Source: Psammoneis japonica
Lineage: Eukaryota
Length of the DNA: 64,000 nt
NCBI GenBank assembly: GCA_008632985.1
Contig: QPGO01000086.1
Span: 1-64,000, forward strand
Direction of reading: 5' to 3'
A program made the translations under genes and the position numbers. Within the stretch, counting starts at the first letter, position 1. Each line of letters starts with the position of its first letter. This document shows positions 62,411 to 64,000 of this stretch, one piece after another. The notes under the pieces were generated by a model that saw only the letters and a program-made list of their open reading frames with translations, was not told where the DNA came from and made no database searches.

Positions 62411-64000
62411 GTGCCGCATGCCATTCATGCATCCACAGAAACATGGCCATGAGAACAAGAGCAAGTTGACAGGCCAACCGTGTGTGATCCACGCATCAAC
62501 AAAACTCCCGCGGTTCACACAAAATGGGACATTCTCCTGAATGCACAACTGTGGGAAAGCACTGCTGCTGCCGCTGCATCATGATCATCATGAAAGTGCC
62601 ATTTTGGCATCGCGCACATTTTCAAATGAACCAATGGACAACCACCATTTCAGCGTCATCCTGCTTGAAGTTGCGCACGAGGCATTGTGCCGAGTTTCTG
62701 CTGGCACACCAAAAATGAACTTGACAAGCTGTCCATTGCTTTTTTGTCAGAGAATTGTTGTCCACTGTTCAAAGCCTTCTTTCCACACAGCTGGGCTTTG
62801 CATTTCCACATGAGGAGGAAGCTCTGGCACTGCACACATGGGGTCATCCCAGACTGCATTGCTGGTGCACCAAACATCTGTGAAGACACTTCCTTGGCCA
62901 CAGCCTGTGATGCAGTTGTCTGAGCAAGGTAAAAGATGTGGCTGCAGCTGAGTGTGATGATGTGCTTTTTTCACACTGTGCTCATCCAGTGCTCTTCTTT
63001 GTGCTTGAGCCCCAGTTGGGTGCTGGCAAGTTCCCATGTGGAGCTGAAGGCACTCTCATGCCAGTGCACAGCAGATTTGACCACGGATCCCACATTTTGG
63101 ATTTGGCAAGCCACACTCACAACATCACACAAATGTCATTTTTGTGCACACTTTGGCTCGCAAGTGTGTGTAGCTGGAGCACTCCTTCAGAGAGCCAAAA
63201 GCTCTTGTTGAGCTCAGTTTGAAGGATCTGTTGATGGAAGAATGGCAGTGAACAAGAACAAGGCTGAGGACAGAGAAGTGGATCCACAGCAGAAAAGAAA
63301 GTGGGCCAGAGAGATGAGCTGCCATCTGGCCTGCTGTGCCAGAGCTCTTTCCACAAAGCATGGCAGCGCGCACAGAAGCTGGGTGCACACGTTCCCACAG
63401 GTCATGTGAGTGGCGCTGGCACAGCGACACTCTAGCCAGAGAGTCAAACGCTTTCTCTGAAAGTTGAGGATGCGTGATTGCCTGATGATGGCTGTGCTGA
63501 TGTGCCTTCGCTCTTCCCCTGCTCCGATCCACCATTTTCGAAACGAAAACGCTCTAAAAAAAATTCGAAATTTTGACACGTACGCCGTGACGATTCATTT
63601 TTTACTATCGATTTTATTGTACTTTTCAAACATGCATGTGCTACAACCCTTACGTTTATAACGTCGAGCACTGTATTCTTCCGAGGTTGCTTCGTTATTG
63701 CATGCATTCCCGTATGTTTGGCAACTGAAGTCCCGCAAACTAACGCATGCTCGTTGCTTCTCTTTCTTCATATCTTTTGGCCGCAAAAATGAATCCTTAC
63801 CTTCACATCCGAAATCCAAACATTGCGCACATCACTCTGGCTGCATACATAGGGCCCTGCCGGCCTGCCAGCACAGTACTATTGTTTCTTTCAATGTGCA
63901 CCTTGAATTTTTTTCTTGCCCTTCATAGATTTTTTTCGTGACGAAGCACGAGAGTTGCTTTTGGTTGCGCTCCGTCATAATCTTCGATGCGGTATGGCAA

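Noticed and set aside
13200..63500. Hundreds of overlapping Cys/His/Gln/Trp-rich ORFs in all six frames
   Set aside because: An expected by-product of TA loss: TAA and TAG stops and Tyr codons vanish while TG/CA codons rise. These are not real genes.
12200..63550. Classical fungal RIP or plain CpG deamination as the sole cause
   Set aside because: RIP creates TpA, and CpG decay cannot remove it. Sister-copy comparison shows TA lost while CpG is retained.

Overview
Eukaryotic nuclear DNA, most likely from a pennate diatom. This is inferred from short GT-AG introns, diatom-type gene families and a Copia element of the diatom (CoDi) type. The window is a mosaic of two compartments. (1) Ordinary gene-bearing DNA with normal TpA content at ~370-12200, ~30070-32040 and ~63560-64000. 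It holds a nucleotide-diphospho-sugar transferase, an 11-repeat Stc1-like zinc-finger gene, a membrane protein, a CRAL-TRIO-like gene, TM9SF and a MATH-BTB gene. (2) Large repeat-rich domains at 1-~360, ~12200-30070 and ~32050-63550 in which TpA is almost absent and TpG/CpA are strongly enriched. These domains contain a five-copy tandem array of a 2.62-kb TIR-bounded element, a Copia LTR retrotransposon inserted in an ABCG pseudogene, two copies of a ~390-bp MITE, a piggyBac-type MITE, CRE and Tc1 fragments, a Harbinger/ISL2EU-like element associated with an XPG/Exo1-type nuclease, and several host-type genes. The main finding is evidence for a domain-restricted, double-stranded, post-insertion A:T->G:C hypermutation targeting TpA (TA->TG or CA), resembling a 'reverse RIP'. 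Four internal lines support it. Twenty-three of 24 differences between sister repeat tails are TA vs TG/CA. Conserved Tyr residues, including YVDD, read Cys or His. A likely TAG stop reads CAG. A piggyBac TTAA target duplication reads TCAA and TTGA. The enzyme responsible is not identifiable in this window. All family assignments come from motif recognition by eye, not from database searches.
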